A stretch of DNA of 64,000 nucleotides from Chlorobiota bacterium. GTDB taxonomy: Bacteria; Bacteroidota; Ignavibacteria; Kapaibacteriales; NICIL-2. Both the position numbers and the translations under genes were made by a program. The DNA lies in the NCBI GenBank assembly GCA_026415505.1, contig JAOAGY010000010.1:18-64017 (forward strand), in the 5' to 3' direction. Within the stretch, counting starts at the first letter, position 1, and each line of letters begins with the position of its first letter. The notes beneath the pieces were generated by a model that saw nothing but the letters and a program-made list of their open reading frames with translations, was not told where the DNA came from and did no database searches. Below are positions 8,965-19,710 of the stretch, one piece after another.

Positions 8965-9741
8965 TTACTGGTGACGACCGATCTGGAAGCGCACGCTGAG
9001 CGAGAGCACCAGCGCACTTCCTCCGACGGCAATGTCGCCTGTCCATTGTTGCAATGTCGCATTGGTGTTGCCATCGGTGTAGCGCCGCAGCGCCGCAAGC
9101 TGCACCGGACTGTACGTGTAGTGCATCTGGAGCACCAAGCCGCCGCGAAACACCGCCGCCGGATCGGCATCGAACAAAAGGTACGTTCCAGCGCCGATGC
9201 GCACAGCCGGTACCGTTCGGTGATCGTCGGTGTTCGGACCGCTGCGCTCGAGGCGTCCGTCGGTCCAGACGCTTTCGTACCACTGGAAGCGTGCAAATGC
9301 TGCGCCAACGGCGGCGCTAAGATACGACCGAAATTGATCGCGCCACGGCTCCCATTCGACCGTCAAGAGCACGGGCATCATATCCAGTTGCATCCGTTCT
9401 TCGAGAACGCGCTGCGGTGCCGTTTGCGGCGAGCCGCGTTCGAGAAATTGCGTGCGGAAATAGTCGGCAGCAGCACCGACGCGAACGCCGCCGAAATCGA
9501 CGAGCACCGCACCGGATGCGACGATCGGCACGTCGAAATCGTTGGCGCGCAGCCCCGTCGCCGCACGGTAACCGTCGAACAGCTCGCTGGCGCCGACGCC
9601 GAGAGCGATACCGCCGCCCCCGCCGAGCACGATCGGCAGCGTCTGTCGCTGTGCCCACAGCGGCACTGCCAGCAGAAGGCTACAGAATACGCTTGCCCAA
9701 AAGCGATGCGACGATTTCCGTGGCGAAAATTGCCGTTGCAT
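8965..9741 (-). CDS. Hypothetical outer-membrane beta-barrel protein
   Basis: Signal-peptide-like [10 protein letters not shown] and amphipathic beta strands. The start overlaps the arginase 3' end, so it is uncertain. Confidence 0.6.
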   Translation of the reverse strand: MQRQFSPRKSSHRFWASVFCSLLLAVPLWAQRQTLPIVLGGGGGIALGVGASELFDGYRAATGLRANDFDVPIVASGAVLVDFGGVRVGAAADYFRTQFLERGSPQTAPQRVLEERMQLDMMPVLLTVEWEPWRDQFRSYLSAAVGAAFARFQWYESVWTDGRLERSGPNTDDHRTVPAVRIGAGTYLLFDADPAAVFRGGLVLQMHYTYSPVQLAALRRYTDGNTNATLQQWTGDIAVGGSALVLSLSVRFQIGRHQ

Positions 9742-10591
9742 TGCGCACGTCCAAAATGGGGTTGACTTCGGCGACGTCGAGCGAACCGACCATGCCCGAT
9801 TCGGCGAGAATTTCCATCGCCAAATGTGCTTCGCGAAACGTCAAACCGCCCGACACAGGCGTGCCGACACCGGGCGCCAGCGAGGGGTCCACGCTGTCGA
9901 GATCGAAGCTGACGTGCACGTGATCCACCGTGCGACGAAAGCGATCGAGCACTTCGGCGATGACCGTGTGAATGCCGCGCTTGTCGATCTCCGGCATCGG
10001 ATAGACGAGCATCGGTAGCGTGGCGATCAGCTCGCGTTCACCGGGATCGACCGACCGAATGCCGACGAGCGCGACGTGTTCGGGAGCGACCTTCGGTGCG
10101 AAGCCGGCAATGGTTACCAGACGGTCGCTGCCGAATCCCATCGAGACCGCCAGTGGCATACCGTGAATGTTGCCCGACGGCGTCGTTTCGGGCGTGTTCA
10201 TGTCGGCGTGGGCGTCGATCCAAATCACACCGAGCCGTTTGCCTTGCTCGCGGCAGTAGGCGCTCACACCGGCGACCGACCCGATGCCGAGCGAATGGTC
10301 GCCGCCGAGCACGATCGGGAACGCACCGTCGTAGAGCGCGTTGGCGACGCGCGCAGCGAGCATCCGCGAGGCGCGAACGATTTCGGGCAAGTACTTCAAC
10401 TTCGGATTGGTGATGCGCTGGACTTCCTGACCGCGCACGGGCACGTCGCCATCGTCGCTGACGCGGTGACCGAGCGATTCGAGCACCGCCGCAATCCCAG
10501 CGATGCGGAGCGCACTCGGTCCCATGTCCACGCCGCGACGCCCTGCGCCGAGGTCCGAAGGAAAACCGATCAATCGAACGTGTTTGCTCAT
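9680..10591 (-). CDS. rocF: Arginase
   Basis: [18 protein letters not shown] and SFDLDSVDP Mn-binding motifs. Confidence 0.96.
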   Translation of the reverse strand: MSKHVRLIGFPSDLGAGRRGVDMGPSALRIAGIAAVLESLGHRVSDDGDVPVRGQEVQRITNPKLKYLPEIVRASRMLAARVANALYDGAFPIVLGGDHSLGIGSVAGVSAYCREQGKRLGVIWIDAHADMNTPETTPSGNIHGMPLAVSMGFGSDRLVTIAGFAPKVAPEHVALVGIRSVDPGERELIATLPMLVYPMPEIDKRGIHTVIAEVLDRFRRTVDHVHVSFDLDSVDPSLAPGVGTPVSGGLTFREAHLAMEILAESGMVGSLDVAEVNPILDVRNATAIFATEIVASLLGKRIL

Positions 10592-10683
10592 CGTCGGTCG
10601 TGTTCGTTGACAGTGGCAAGATACGACCGCTGCGGTGGCACGCCGAGCCGTAGTTTTGCGACATTCGTTCCGTCGCTATCTCG

Positions 10684-11334
10684 ATGCTCCGTTCCGCACA
10701 GCTCGCAGCAATCCGCCGAGAGTATCGGCTGGCGCGTCTCGACGAATCGAGCCTCGCAGGCGATCCGTTCGAGCAGCTTCAGCGCTGGCTCGACGAAGCG
10801 ATTCGTGCCGAACTGGTCGAACCGACTGCCATGGCGCTCGCTACTGCCGACGCGGACGGAAAACCGACCGTGCGCATGGTGCTTCTGAAGGGAATCGAAA
10901 ACGGTCGGCTGCACTTTTACACCAACCTGGAAAGCCCGAAAGCTCGTGCAATCGCCGCCAATCCCCGCGTGGCGCTGCTGTTTTACTGGGCAGAGTTGGA
11001 GCGTCAAGTGCGCATCGAAGGCATCGCCGAGCTGCTCGATCGTCGGACCGTCGAGGCGTACTTTGCCACTCGACCGCGCGGTGCACAAATCGGCGCCTGG
11101 GCATCGCGCCAAAGCGCGCCGCTTTCCAGCCGTGAAACGCTCGACGAAGCCATCGCCGAATACGAACGCCGCTTTGCCGATGCCGAGCAGATTTCCCCGC
11201 CGCCGTGGTGGGGCGGCTATGCCGTCGAACCGCATGCATTCGAGTTTTGGCAGGGACGCGAAAACCGCCTGCACGACCGTTTCCGCTACGAGCGCACTAC
11301 GACGGGCTGGTCGCGGCAGCGACTGTCGCCGTAG
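10684..11334 (+). CDS. pdxH: Pyridoxamine 5'-phosphate oxidase
   Basis: RMVLLK, FYTN, RQVRIEG, EFWQGRENRLHDR. Confidence 0.96.
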   Translation: MLRSAQLAAIRREYRLARLDESSLAGDPFEQLQRWLDEAIRAELVEPTAMALATADADGKPTVRMVLLKGIENGRLHFYTNLESPKARAIAANPRVALLFYWAELERQVRIEGIAELLDRRTVEAYFATRPRGAQIGAWASRQSAPLSSRETLDEAIAEYERRFADAEQISPPPWWGGYAVEPHAFEFWQGRENRLHDRFRYERTTTGWSRQRLSP

Positions 11335-12520
11335 CGCGTTCGGCGAGCGCGTCGCGAAGAGCTTCCCGCGCGATCGCCCATTCGTTGCTGCTGAGCACCA
11401 GCGGCGGCAGCAGCCGCAGCACCGTCGTCGCCGTGGCATTGGCGATCACGCCGCGGCGGAGCAATGCATCGCGTAGATGCGTGGCGTCTTCGCGCAGCTC
11501 GATGCCGAGCATCATGCCGCGTCCGCGCACGGAAGCGACCAGCGAGGGGAATTCAGCGGCGAGCGTCTCCAGATCGCTGCGCATGCGTCCGCCGAGCTGC
11601 CGCACATGATCGAGCAGTCCCGCTTCGAGCTGTTCCATGACGACGATTCCCGCAGCGCACGCTACCGGATTGCCGCCGTAGGTTGTGCCGTGCTGACCAC
11701 GCTGCCAGACGCCGAGCAAACGCTCGCCGACGAGGATCGCACCGAGCGGCAATCCTCCACCGAGCGCTTTCGCCATCGTCACGATGTCGGGACGAACGCC
11801 ATAGCGTTCGAAGGCGAAAAAGTCGCCGGTGCGTCCACAGCCGCTTTGCACTTCGTCGGCGATGAGCAAAAAGCCGTAGCGCTGGCGCAGCGTTTCGATC
11901 CGCTCGACCAGTGCCGCCGATGCTTCGACGATACCGCCTTCGCCTTGGATGAATTCCAAACCGACGGCGCAGGTTGTTTCGCCGATGGCGTCGTCGAGTG
12001 CATCGGGATCGTCGAACGGCACGATGCGCACGTTCGGCAGAAACGGTCCCATGCCGTCTTTGTAGAGCGGTTTGTCCATTGTCGAGAGTGCGCCGTAGGT
12101 ACGACCGTGGAAGCCACCGCTGAAGGTGACGATGTCGCCGGTTTTGCCGCCGAGGTATCCCCAACGCCGCGCCAGTTTGAGCGCCGCTTCCCACGATTCG
12201 GCGCCGGAGTTCGAATAGATCACCGCCGCGTAGCCTGTTCGCTGGCAGAGCTTTTCGGCGAGCGCAATTTGCGGCTCTTGGTAGTAGAGGTTCGACACGT
12301 GCATGTAGCGCTCGATCTGGGCGCGGACAGCCGCCAGAATCTGCGGGTGCCCGTGACCGAGCGCATTGGTGCCGATGCCGCTGATGAGGTCGAGATACCG
12401 CTTGCCTTCGACATCCTCGATCCAACAACCGTCGGCGCGGGCAATGGCGATCGGCAGCCGGCGATAGATCGGGTAGAGAACGCGCTGTTCGCGCTCGACA
12501 AGATCGGTCGTGCGGGACAT
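11297..12520 (-). CDS. argD: Class III PLP aminotransferase, acetylornithine/ornithine aminotransferase-like
   Basis: NSGAE, FHGRT, EFIQGEGG, DEVQSGCGRTG, AKALGGG, HGTTYGGNP. Confidence 0.85.
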   Translation of the reverse strand: MSRTTDLVEREQRVLYPIYRRLPIAIARADGCWIEDVEGKRYLDLISGIGTNALGHGHPQILAAVRAQIERYMHVSNLYYQEPQIALAEKLCQRTGYAAVIYSNSGAESWEAALKLARRWGYLGGKTGDIVTFSGGFHGRTYGALSTMDKPLYKDGMGPFLPNVRIVPFDDPDALDDAIGETTCAVGLEFIQGEGGIVEASAALVERIETLRQRYGFLLIADEVQSGCGRTGDFFAFERYGVRPDIVTMAKALGGGLPLGAILVGERLLGVWQRGQHGTTYGGNPVACAAGIVVMEQLEAGLLDHVRQLGGRMRSDLETLAAEFPSLVASVRGRGMMLGIELREDATHLRDALLRRGVIANATATTVLRLLPPLVLSSNEWAIAREALRDALAERATATVAAATSPS

Positions 12521-12648
12521 ACGAGCGAGTGTGGAAGTGTGGAAAACCTCGTGCAAAACTACGGGCGATGCTCCGTGGCGCGAAAAAACACGCCAGGGCA
12601 GACCGCAACAGCGATCCGCCCTGCGTGCGTCGGCTTCGAGCAGCGCTT

Positions 12649-13746
12649 TTAGATGCCCTGCTCGACGAACAATGCTACGTGGCGCAAGCGGTCGTTGGCG
12701 TGGAAAGCCAAGCCCGACAGCTTCCGGGCGCACAGTTGGGGAAGCGCCTCCAGACCAGCATCGAAGATGGACGGATCGAGGTGGAGTTCCGTGTGTGCGA
12801 TCTTCATGTGTGTACCGACGCCAGCCGGTGCCTTTTCGATCGTGGCGCCCGAGGTGTCGTCCGGTGCCTGGGATGTGCGTACTCGCGAGAGCATGTGTTT
12901 GAAAAAGCGCGCAAGTTCTCTCGGCGAGAGCACCGGATCGATCGAAATGCTCCGCGCAAGCGATGCATCGCTGAAGTACGAACCGAGAACGCGCTGGTGG
13001 ACTGACGCCCACACGTCGGGACAATCGAAGTACTCGACGGCGTAGTACGTCCGACCGATAGCGATGAGCACGCCGATTTGATCGGGTAGCGGCGTGAGGC
13101 GATCGAGCATGCCGGCGATGCCCTCGCGTCGCATGCTCTCCGAAAGATCACCGGTGCTGCTGTCGATACGCTCTCGCCGAAGACGCTGTCGGACCCGTTC
13201 CCAGACCGCTGCTTGTACCGAGTCTCCGCGTCCTCGCCGCGACAATTCGTACATCTTGGCTGCGCGGACCGAAACCGGCGCGAGGAATTCGACGGGATCG
13301 AATTCGCTCCGATGCGGTTTGCCGTTGCTGGCGTGCATCTGGGGAACCGGTCGTGCGGGATGTGTCCGATGTGGCGGCATGACGGGAATGCGACCAGGCG
13401 ACCATCGTCCCTGTTCGACGCAACTGACCGGAATCGTGTGACGACCGTGCGGCAACAGCAGCGTGATGTGGACGGTGCGATTTTGAAGCCCGCCCCGCAG
13501 CACTTCGCCTTCGGGGATGAGCACGGGCAGATCGCTGTGAACCGTTACGTCGAGAGCGGAAACGCGGCGGGATTGCTCGTGCTCGGTGATAGTCACGGCA
13601 CCGAGCCGATACGCCTCGTGGAGCGTGATCGAATCGCGGCGGAGAAGTGAACCTACTCCGTGCAGCGGATAGACGACCACACCGGCGGCGACGATGCGAG
13701 GAACACCGATACGAACACCGTCGAGCAAACGAGCAGCTTCGAGCAT
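12649..13746 (-). CDS. ARPP-1 (DUF6569-like) domain protein
   Basis: GEVLRGGLQNR and IPVSCVEQGRW motifs, plus QxxVW and QIGVLI...EYFD, recalled as characteristic of ARPP-1. Confidence 0.75.
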   Translation of the reverse strand: MLEAARLLDGVRIGVPRIVAAGVVVYPLHGVGSLLRRDSITLHEAYRLGAVTITEHEQSRRVSALDVTVHSDLPVLIPEGEVLRGGLQNRTVHITLLLPHGRHTIPVSCVEQGRWSPGRIPVMPPHRTHPARPVPQMHASNGKPHRSEFDPVEFLAPVSVRAAKMYELSRRGRGDSVQAAVWERVRQRLRRERIDSSTGDLSESMRREGIAGMLDRLTPLPDQIGVLIAIGRTYYAVEYFDCPDVWASVHQRVLGSYFSDASLARSISIDPVLSPRELARFFKHMLSRVRTSQAPDDTSGATIEKAPAGVGTHMKIAHTELHLDPSIFDAGLEALPQLCARKLSGLAFHANDRLRHVALFVEQGI

Positions 13747-13967
13747 GGCACACAACACGATGGTGGAACAAAAAAGGTGGCAGCCGACGCCGGAGTGTAT
13801 AGACTGCAATTGGTGGAAAGTCATGTCTTCCAAGAAGCTTCTCTATTTCGGGTTCGGTCGGTGCCAAAAGAGCGTGTCCGAAACGATAGGCGGCAATTTC
13901 CCGTCCTCCTTTCCGTCTTGTCGCGTGCATGCTATCTGTTTCACTGTTCGACTTCCAGGAGAGTCCG

Positions 13968-16226
13968 ATGGCGTTCGATTTCGACATGATCACCCGCGTT
14001 TATCAGCGTCTGCCCGAGCGAATTGCAGCCGCACGTCGTCTCGTGGGGCGACCGATGACACTCGCCGAAAAAATTCTCTACGCGCACATGGCAGAGCTGC
14101 CCTCGTCGCCGCCGGTGCGGGGGGAAGACTACGTCGAGTTCTTCCCCGACCGCGTCGCGATGCAAGACGCGACCGCGCAAATGGCGCTGCTCCAATTCAT
14201 GAGCGCCGGCATCCCGAAAGTCGCTGTCCCGACGACAGTGCACTGCGACCACCTCATCAGAGCCGAGCGCGGCGCGAAAGAAGACCTTCAAACGGCGCTC
14301 GTCGAAAACGACGAGGTCTTCCAGTTCCTCGCCTCGGTGTCGAAAAAGTACGGCATCGGTTTCTGGAAACCGGGTGCGGGAATCATCCACCAAGTCGTGC
14401 TCGAAAACTATGCTTTCCCCGGCGGCATGATGATCGGCACCGACTCGCACACGCCGAATGCCGGCGGTCTGGGGATGGTCGCCATCGGTGTCGGCGGCGC
14501 CGATGCAGTGGATGTGATGGCGGGCATGCCGTGGGAATTGCTCATGCCCAAACACATCGGTGTTCGGCTGACCGGCAAAATGAGCGGCTGGACCGCGCCG
14601 AAAGACGTCATCTTGAAGCTCGCCGGCATCTTGACGGTCAAGGGCGGAACGGGTGCGATCATCGAGTACTTCGGCGATGGCTGCGCGACAATAAGCGCCA
14701 CTGGGAAAGCCACCATCTGCAACATGGGCGCTGAAGTCGGTGCGACCACTTCGATTTTCCCCTACGACGAGGCGATGGACCGCTACCTGCGTGCGACCGG
14801 TCGCGCCGATGTCGCCGATGCTGCGCGTCCGCTGGCAGAATTTCTCCGCCACGACGACGACGTCGAGCGCAATCCCGAACGTTACTTCGATCGCGTCATC
14901 GAGATCGACCTTTCGACACTCGAACCACATGTCAACGGTCCGTTCACGCCCGATCGTGCGATGCCGATCAGCGAGTTCGTTCGCGAGGTCGAAAAAAACG
15001 GCTGGCCCGCTGAGTTGCGCGTTGCACTCATCGGCTCGTGCACGAACTCGTCCTACGAGGACATGACGCGCGTCGCCGAAATCGCCGAGTACGCGGCAAA
15101 GCACGGCTTGAAAGCCAAGTGCGAATTGACCATCACGCCCGGCTCCGAACAAATCCGCGCCACGATGGAACGCGACGGCATCCTCGAAAAACTCGAAGCG
15201 ATCGGTGCGAAAGTCCTCGCCAATGCGTGCGGTCCCTGCATCGGACAGTGGAAACGGCACGATGTGCAGAAAGGCGACAAAAACTCGATCATCACGTCGT
15301 TCAACCGCAATTTCAGCGGTCGCAACGATGGCAATCCCGACACTCACGCGTTCGTCGCATCGCCCGAAACAGTGCTCGGTTTTGCGCTGACCGGCGATTT
15401 GCGGGTGGACTTTACCAAGCAGCCGATCAACGGTGCAGTGCTCGATCCGCCGCGCGGCGAAGAATTGCCGTCGCGCGGCTTCGTCCCCGATCCGGAAGGG
15501 TACGTCCCGCCAGCAGAAGATGGATCTGCGATCGAAGTCATCATCAAGCCCGATTCGCAGCGTCTGCAACGATTGGAACCGTTCCCGCCGCCGCGAAAAG
15601 AAGAATTCCGCGACATGGTGCTCTTGCTCAAAGTCAAGGGCAAGTGCACGACCGATCACATTTCGCCTGCCGGACCGTGGCTGCGCTTCCGCGGTCACTT
15701 GGACAACATCTCGAACAACATGTTCACGGGCGCCACGAACGCATTCAACGGCAAGCTCAACTCGGCGAAAAACGTCTTCACCGGCGAGTACGACGAGGTC
15801 CCGCGTGTGGCGCGTGACTACAAAGCGCGCGGCGTGTCGTGGATCGTCGTCGGCGAAGAAAACTACGGCGAAGGCTCATCGCGCGAGCATGCCGCGATGG
15901 AACCGCGCTACTTGGGCGGCAAGGTGATTTTGGTCAAGTCGTTTGCTCGCATTCACGAGACGAATCTGAAAAAGCAAGGGATGCTGCCGCTGGTGTTCGA
16001 CAATCCCGCCGACTATGATCTCATCGGCGAAGACGACCGCTTCACGCTCGATCTCGATCAGCTCCGTCCTGGCGAGCCGATGGAGATAATCGTGCGCAAG
16101 CCCGACGGGAGCGAGCATCGCATCGTCGTCCGTCACTCGATGAACGCCCATCAGATCGAGTGGTTCTGGGCGGGCAGTGCGCTCAATCTCATGGCGCGAC
16201 GGTTGCGGGAGATAGCAGCTATGTGA
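13968..16226 (+). CDS. Aconitate hydratase (mitochondrial-like type)
   Basis: [47 protein letters not shown]; AGGAG RBS. Confidence 0.96.
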   Translation: MAFDFDMITRVYQRLPERIAAARRLVGRPMTLAEKILYAHMAELPSSPPVRGEDYVEFFPDRVAMQDATAQMALLQFMSAGIPKVAVPTTVHCDHLIRAERGAKEDLQTALVENDEVFQFLASVSKKYGIGFWKPGAGIIHQVVLENYAFPGGMMIGTDSHTPNAGGLGMVAIGVGGADAVDVMAGMPWELLMPKHIGVRLTGKMSGWTAPKDVILKLAGILTVKGGTGAIIEYFGDGCATISATGKATICNMGAEVGATTSIFPYDEAMDRYLRATGRADVADAARPLAEFLRHDDDVERNPERYFDRVIEIDLSTLEPHVNGPFTPDRAMPISEFVREVEKNGWPAELRVALIGSCTNSSYEDMTRVAEIAEYAAKHGLKAKCELTITPGSEQIRATMERDGILEKLEAIGAKVLANACGPCIGQWKRHDVQKGDKNSIITSFNRNFSGRNDGNPDTHAFVASPETVLGFALTGDLRVDFTKQPINGAVLDPPRGEELPSRGFVPDPEGYVPPAEDGSAIEVIIKPDSQRLQRLEPFPPPRKEEFRDMVLLLKVKGKCTTDHISPAGPWLRFRGHLDNISNNMFTGATNAFNGKLNSAKNVFTGEYDEVPRVARDYKARGVSWIVVGEENYGEGSSREHAAMEPRYLGGKVILVKSFARIHETNLKKQGMLPLVFDNPADYDLIGEDDRFTLDLDQLRPGEPMEIIVRKPDGSEHRIVVRHSMNAHQIEWFWAGSALNLMARRLREIAAM

Positions 16227-16251
16227 TATTCTCAACAAAAGCTACTTGCGA

Positions 16252-17322
16252 TCATCTGCCGGAGGTATGCTGTGACGATGGTGTCGCAAAGCGGTTCGCA
16301 ATCGCCACTACCACATAAAGAGCAATTGCGGCGCTGCTCAGAAGCGCTCCCCAACGTCGCATGTGTGGATGGAGCAGCACATCGCTGGTGAGACGCATGA
16401 GCATTCCTGCATGCAGCAGTGCGAGCGGCACGTAAAAATTTGCTCGATACACGACCAATATGCCGAGAACGGCTGGTAAAACGATCGGAGCGTGCGCGAA
16501 AATCATGCTGAAGACAAACCCGACGAATACGGCATGGAGTACAGCATCGTAGAACGTCGTTGCGATGAGCGACGATTGCCATAGAAGCAGAATGCCGCTT
16601 ACTATCAACCAGCCGTAGCCTACCAGAAGCGCGGTGGCAGCGAATCGAGCCAGTCCGTAAGAACGAATCGTCCATCGCGCAATGTCGTAACGTGCCATCC
16701 ACACCGCCGTGCTAATGGTAGCGACACCCGTTGCGTGCCACTCCAATTGTCGGGGGAGTAAGGGTACTGCAGCCCAACATGCCGCTATAAGGGCAAATGA
16801 ACGGTGTGCCCACCGTGAGTGCTGAACGACACGGGATAATTCCAGCCGTTCGGCGGCGATGGTGAGCACCAAGAATGCCATCCATGCAGGCACAACGTCG
16901 GCAATGCTGCTACCCGACAACCTTTGCACGTTGCCGATGAGCCATGCGATACCGGCGAGAACTTGCGCGATGAGGAAATCGGCGCGCTGCTTCCGAAGGA
17001 ATGCTGCAGTGACGCAAACGAATGCAGTACTCGCAATAGCGAAGCATATCCGTGCAGCCAGTTCGCTCGTTCCCACAAGTAAAATAATTCCACCGACTGC
17101 CGCGAGAGCTGGAGCGATATATCCCCATCGTGTTCCGAGCGCAACAGCACGTTCCAGCCCGATAAGGGTCCCTAAAAAGGCGCATACCATCAGCGGCCCG
17201 TGGACGGCGAGCAACGCTGGAGATGGAATCTTCCACCACCAGCCGATGCGAATCAGCCCTGCCCATATGCCTGCCACGAGCGATATAGCTGCACCGAACA
17301 TCAGTAGATAGCGCTGCTGCAC
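16252..17322 (-). CDS. Multi-pass membrane protein, NnrS-like (start GTG 17322 or TTG 17328)
   Basis: About 11-12 TM helices; HGPLMV, ERAVA, ERLELSR, HAVFVGFVFSMIFAHAP His-containing motifs. Confidence 0.7.
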   Translation of the reverse strand: MQQRYLLMFGAAISLVAGIWAGLIRIGWWWKIPSPALLAVHGPLMVCAFLGTLIGLERAVALGTRWGYIAPALAAVGGIILLVGTSELAARICFAIASTAFVCVTAAFLRKQRADFLIAQVLAGIAWLIGNVQRLSGSSIADVVPAWMAFLVLTIAAERLELSRVVQHSRWAHRSFALIAACWAAVPLLPRQLEWHATGVATISTAVWMARYDIARWTIRSYGLARFAATALLVGYGWLIVSGILLLWQSSLIATTFYDAVLHAVFVGFVFSMIFAHAPIVLPAVLGILVVYRANFYVPLALLHAGMLMRLTSDVLLHPHMRRWGALLSSAAIALYVVVAIANRFATPSSQHTSGR

Positions 17323-17324
17323 TG

Positions 17325-17822
17325 TCAACACCCCCGAACGAATGTGACAGCAAGCACGACAACTGCAATGCTGATGATCATAACCAGCCGTCCTGCCCAT
17401 GATGCATGGCATCGCAGTGTGGCGGCAGAGTTCTCCCCTCGCTCGAGTGCCTCTGCTGCACGTGGCCCAAGCCAGAAATCGTGCAGTGCGTGGAGTGCTA
17501 CCATTGCGGTAACCAGCACCACTTTCCATCCGAAGAGGTTGCCGATAGGTGTGTGCCAAAAATTTCCTGTAATGATGGAGTCCCAATCGGTCCAGCGATA
17601 GAAGAGATTGAACGTCCCCGTCACAAGCAAGGTTGCCAATGCGCTCCATGCCACTGGTCGGAAAGCGCGCCCTACGTGCTCGATTATCCGCGAGCGGCTC
17701 GGACGCAAAGACGGATGGCTCAATGCCGGCAGTACGACAGTGACGAAGAACAACATGCCGCCCACCCAGAGAGCTGCTGCAAGAATGTGCAAGGCGACCG
17801 ATGCCAAATAGAGCGCTCTCAT
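17325..17822 (-). CDS. CopD/DUF4149-like 4-TM membrane protein
   Basis: LHILAAALWVGG...LLVTG...K...HDF motif pattern. Confidence 0.7.
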   Translation of the reverse strand: MRALYLASVALHILAAALWVGGMLFFVTVVLPALSHPSLRPSRSRIIEHVGRAFRPVAWSALATLLVTGTFNLFYRWTDWDSIITGNFWHTPIGNLFGWKVVLVTAMVALHALHDFWLGPRAAEALERGENSAATLRCHASWAGRLVMIISIAVVVLAVTFVRGC

Positions 17823-17825
17823 CGC

Positions 17826-18548
17826 TTACTGGCTGCGCTTGACAATTTTCACGCGCCAAGTATCGGGACCCGATTCGAGATACTCCCACTCGAACTGCCC
17901 AGCTCGTTCAAAGTAGAACTGGTAGTACAAGGGTTTGGGATCGTGGTCATTGACGAGCACTATCGAATGTTGCGGTTGGAGTTGGTCGAATGTCGAAAAA
18001 ATGAGAGGATGACGTTCCGCAGGGGGGATGCGACGCACATCGAGCACAAGGGGATCGTCAGGTGCATTCTCGCTTTGCGTGTTGTTCTCATGCATTCTGT
18101 CGAACAAAGCTTGTTGTTCATCGAGTGACAAATGCTGTTCGATGAGTGGCAAATACACACGTTCTTCTTTCTCGATGTGCAAGGCGAGGATAGCGCGGAG
18201 AGCAATCAGTTGATCGTGGAGCCGGCGTGCGAACTGCTGGTGCTTGTCGGGCGCACATCCGATCAGTCGGATCGTGTCTCTGATTGCCTCGACTGCGTGC
18301 TCGATGTGTTCGTGGTCAATGCTCATCGTTGCCGTCGAACGAGCCGATTGCGTCAGCAATGGCTCGACCGCTGGATAGAGCACCTGCTCCTCACCACGAG
18401 CGTGTCCGAGCAGCTCATTGACGAGAAGGTGCTCCAGTTCAAGTGTTGCTCGTCCGCCTGGATCGCTCTCTACTGCGGTTGAAAGCGTGTCGAAGCGGGA
18501 CAAAATGAAACGGTGATGGGAACGAATTGCATCGATCGGTGTGGACAT
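17826..18548 (-). CDS. Hemerythrin (HHE) domain fused to a C-terminal DUF2249 domain
   Basis: HH...HARGEEQVLYP...DHEH...HIEKEERVYLP, then LDVRRIPPAERHPLIF...NDHDPKPLYYQF...GPDTWRV. Confidence 0.85.
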   Translation of the reverse strand: MSTPIDAIRSHHRFILSRFDTLSTAVESDPGGRATLELEHLLVNELLGHARGEEQVLYPAVEPLLTQSARSTATMSIDHEHIEHAVEAIRDTIRLIGCAPDKHQQFARRLHDQLIALRAILALHIEKEERVYLPLIEQHLSLDEQQALFDRMHENNTQSENAPDDPLVLDVRRIPPAERHPLIFSTFDQLQPQHSIVLVNDHDPKPLYYQFYFERAGQFEWEYLESGPDTWRVKIVKRSQ

Positions 18549-18576
18549 AACTGAGCCTATCAGCAAAGTGGGACAA

Positions 18577-18900
18577 TCATGATTGGGATCGAAAACCTAA
18601 CTGCCGACGTGCTTCGGGCTGCATGTACGCAGGTGACCACGGTGGATCCCAAACCCACTCGATGTGCACCCTCTTCAATCCGCAGCCTTGATACCCAAGC
18701 TCTTGAACGATGCGATGTGCGATATAGCGTTTGAGGGGGCATGCCGGTGTAGTCATCGTCATGTGCAGCCTAACAGTTTCAGCATCGGGAAACTCGATGC
18801 CGTAGATCAAGCCAAGTGCAACGATGTCGATACCGAGCTCCGGATCAATGACGCGTTGCAGAGCCGTCACGACAGCCTCGCGGGTCGGTGAGGTATTCAT
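18577..18900 (-). CDS. DUF59/SufT-like metal-sulfur cluster assembly factor
   Basis: VIDPELGIDIVALGLIY, TMTTPACP, WDPPW motifs. Confidence 0.92.
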   Translation of the reverse strand: MNTSPTREAVVTALQRVIDPELGIDIVALGLIYGIEFPDAETVRLHMTMTTPACPLKRYIAHRIVQELGYQGCGLKRVHIEWVWDPPWSPAYMQPEARRQLGFRSQS

Positions 18901-18965
18901 CGGTGCTTTTGACTGAATGCAGCCAGAACAGACAGCTATGCAAAACTCAAAGTCGCTCCGGCTGA

Positions 18966-19709
18966 TTATCGTTGCGATGGCGCAATGATGAAGGTGGGTG
19001 GGGGCTGCTCGCCGATCGAGTGGAAGAGAGCTGCAGGATTGCAGACGGTGAGTTTTGTGCGACCAATTCGAAGCCATCCGCATCGCTGCCAGTGTCGGAG
19101 AACGCGACTAACGGTATAGATCGTTGTACCAGCCAGTTCGGCGATGTCGGCACGGCGGAGTGGTAAACCGATCTCGATACCCCCTGGTGTGCGTCGTCCG
19201 GTTTGGCTCATCAGTTGGATCACAGCGCGTGCAATTCGGTGTGATACATCCTGCGTTGCCACATCGTGGAGGCGTTCCTGTAGCGTGTGAACGACTTGTA
19301 TCAATTGCCGAATCAGTCCAAGGGACAGTGTCCCGTTCCGCGTCAGCATTTCGATGAACGCTTCTGTGCTCCATTCGATCACTGTTGTCGGTATCACAGC
19401 AACGGCTGTCGCGGGATACGAACGGCGGGATTCGAGCAGTGAGACCAATCCGTACCACTCGCCAGCGACAATCAAACGTGCGATGGATTCTTCGCCGTCG
19501 GCACTTGTGCGGACAAGTTTGAGTGCTCCTGTTACGAGTATGCCGACCCGGTGCGCAATGTCGCCTTCAACGAAGAGCATCTGACCCTTGCAGAGGGTTC
19601 GAATTGTCCCTGCGCGATGGAGCATGTCGCGCGTTTGTGCATCCATCCCGAACGATGCGAGCAACTCAGTCAAGCGGTGTTCGATTACGGACTCGGTCAC
19701 AGTATCCAT
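18966..19709 (-). CDS. Crp/Fnr family regulator (NnrR/Dnr-like)
   Basis: cNMP-binding fold plus HTH with TTIYTVSRVL; no FNR N-terminal Cys cluster. Confidence 0.9.
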   Translation of the reverse strand: MDTVTESVIEHRLTELLASFGMDAQTRDMLHRAGTIRTLCKGQMLFVEGDIAHRVGILVTGALKLVRTSADGEESIARLIVAGEWYGLVSLLESRRSYPATAVAVIPTTVIEWSTEAFIEMLTRNGTLSLGLIRQLIQVVHTLQERLHDVATQDVSHRIARAVIQLMSQTGRRTPGGIEIGLPLRRADIAELAGTTIYTVSRVLRHWQRCGWLRIGRTKLTVCNPAALFHSIGEQPPPTFIIAPSQR

Positions 19710-19710
19710 T

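Noticed and set aside
9680-12520. Arginase-pdxH-aminotransferase as a dedicated operon
   Set aside because: The genes alternate strands and have separate candidate promoters. The functional link is plausible but unremarkable.
13941-15698. Long antisense and alternate-frame ORFs (also 385-2115, 29641-31896, 37940-39847, 42402-44393, 51689-53146)
   Set aside because: Shadow ORFs of well-supported genes, expected in high-GC DNA; no recognisable motifs.
18901-18965. FNR/NnrR-type box upstream of the DUF59 gene
   Set aside because: Only imperfect half-sites (TTGACTGAATGCAG; CTATGCAAAACTCAAAG) with wrong spacing or position.
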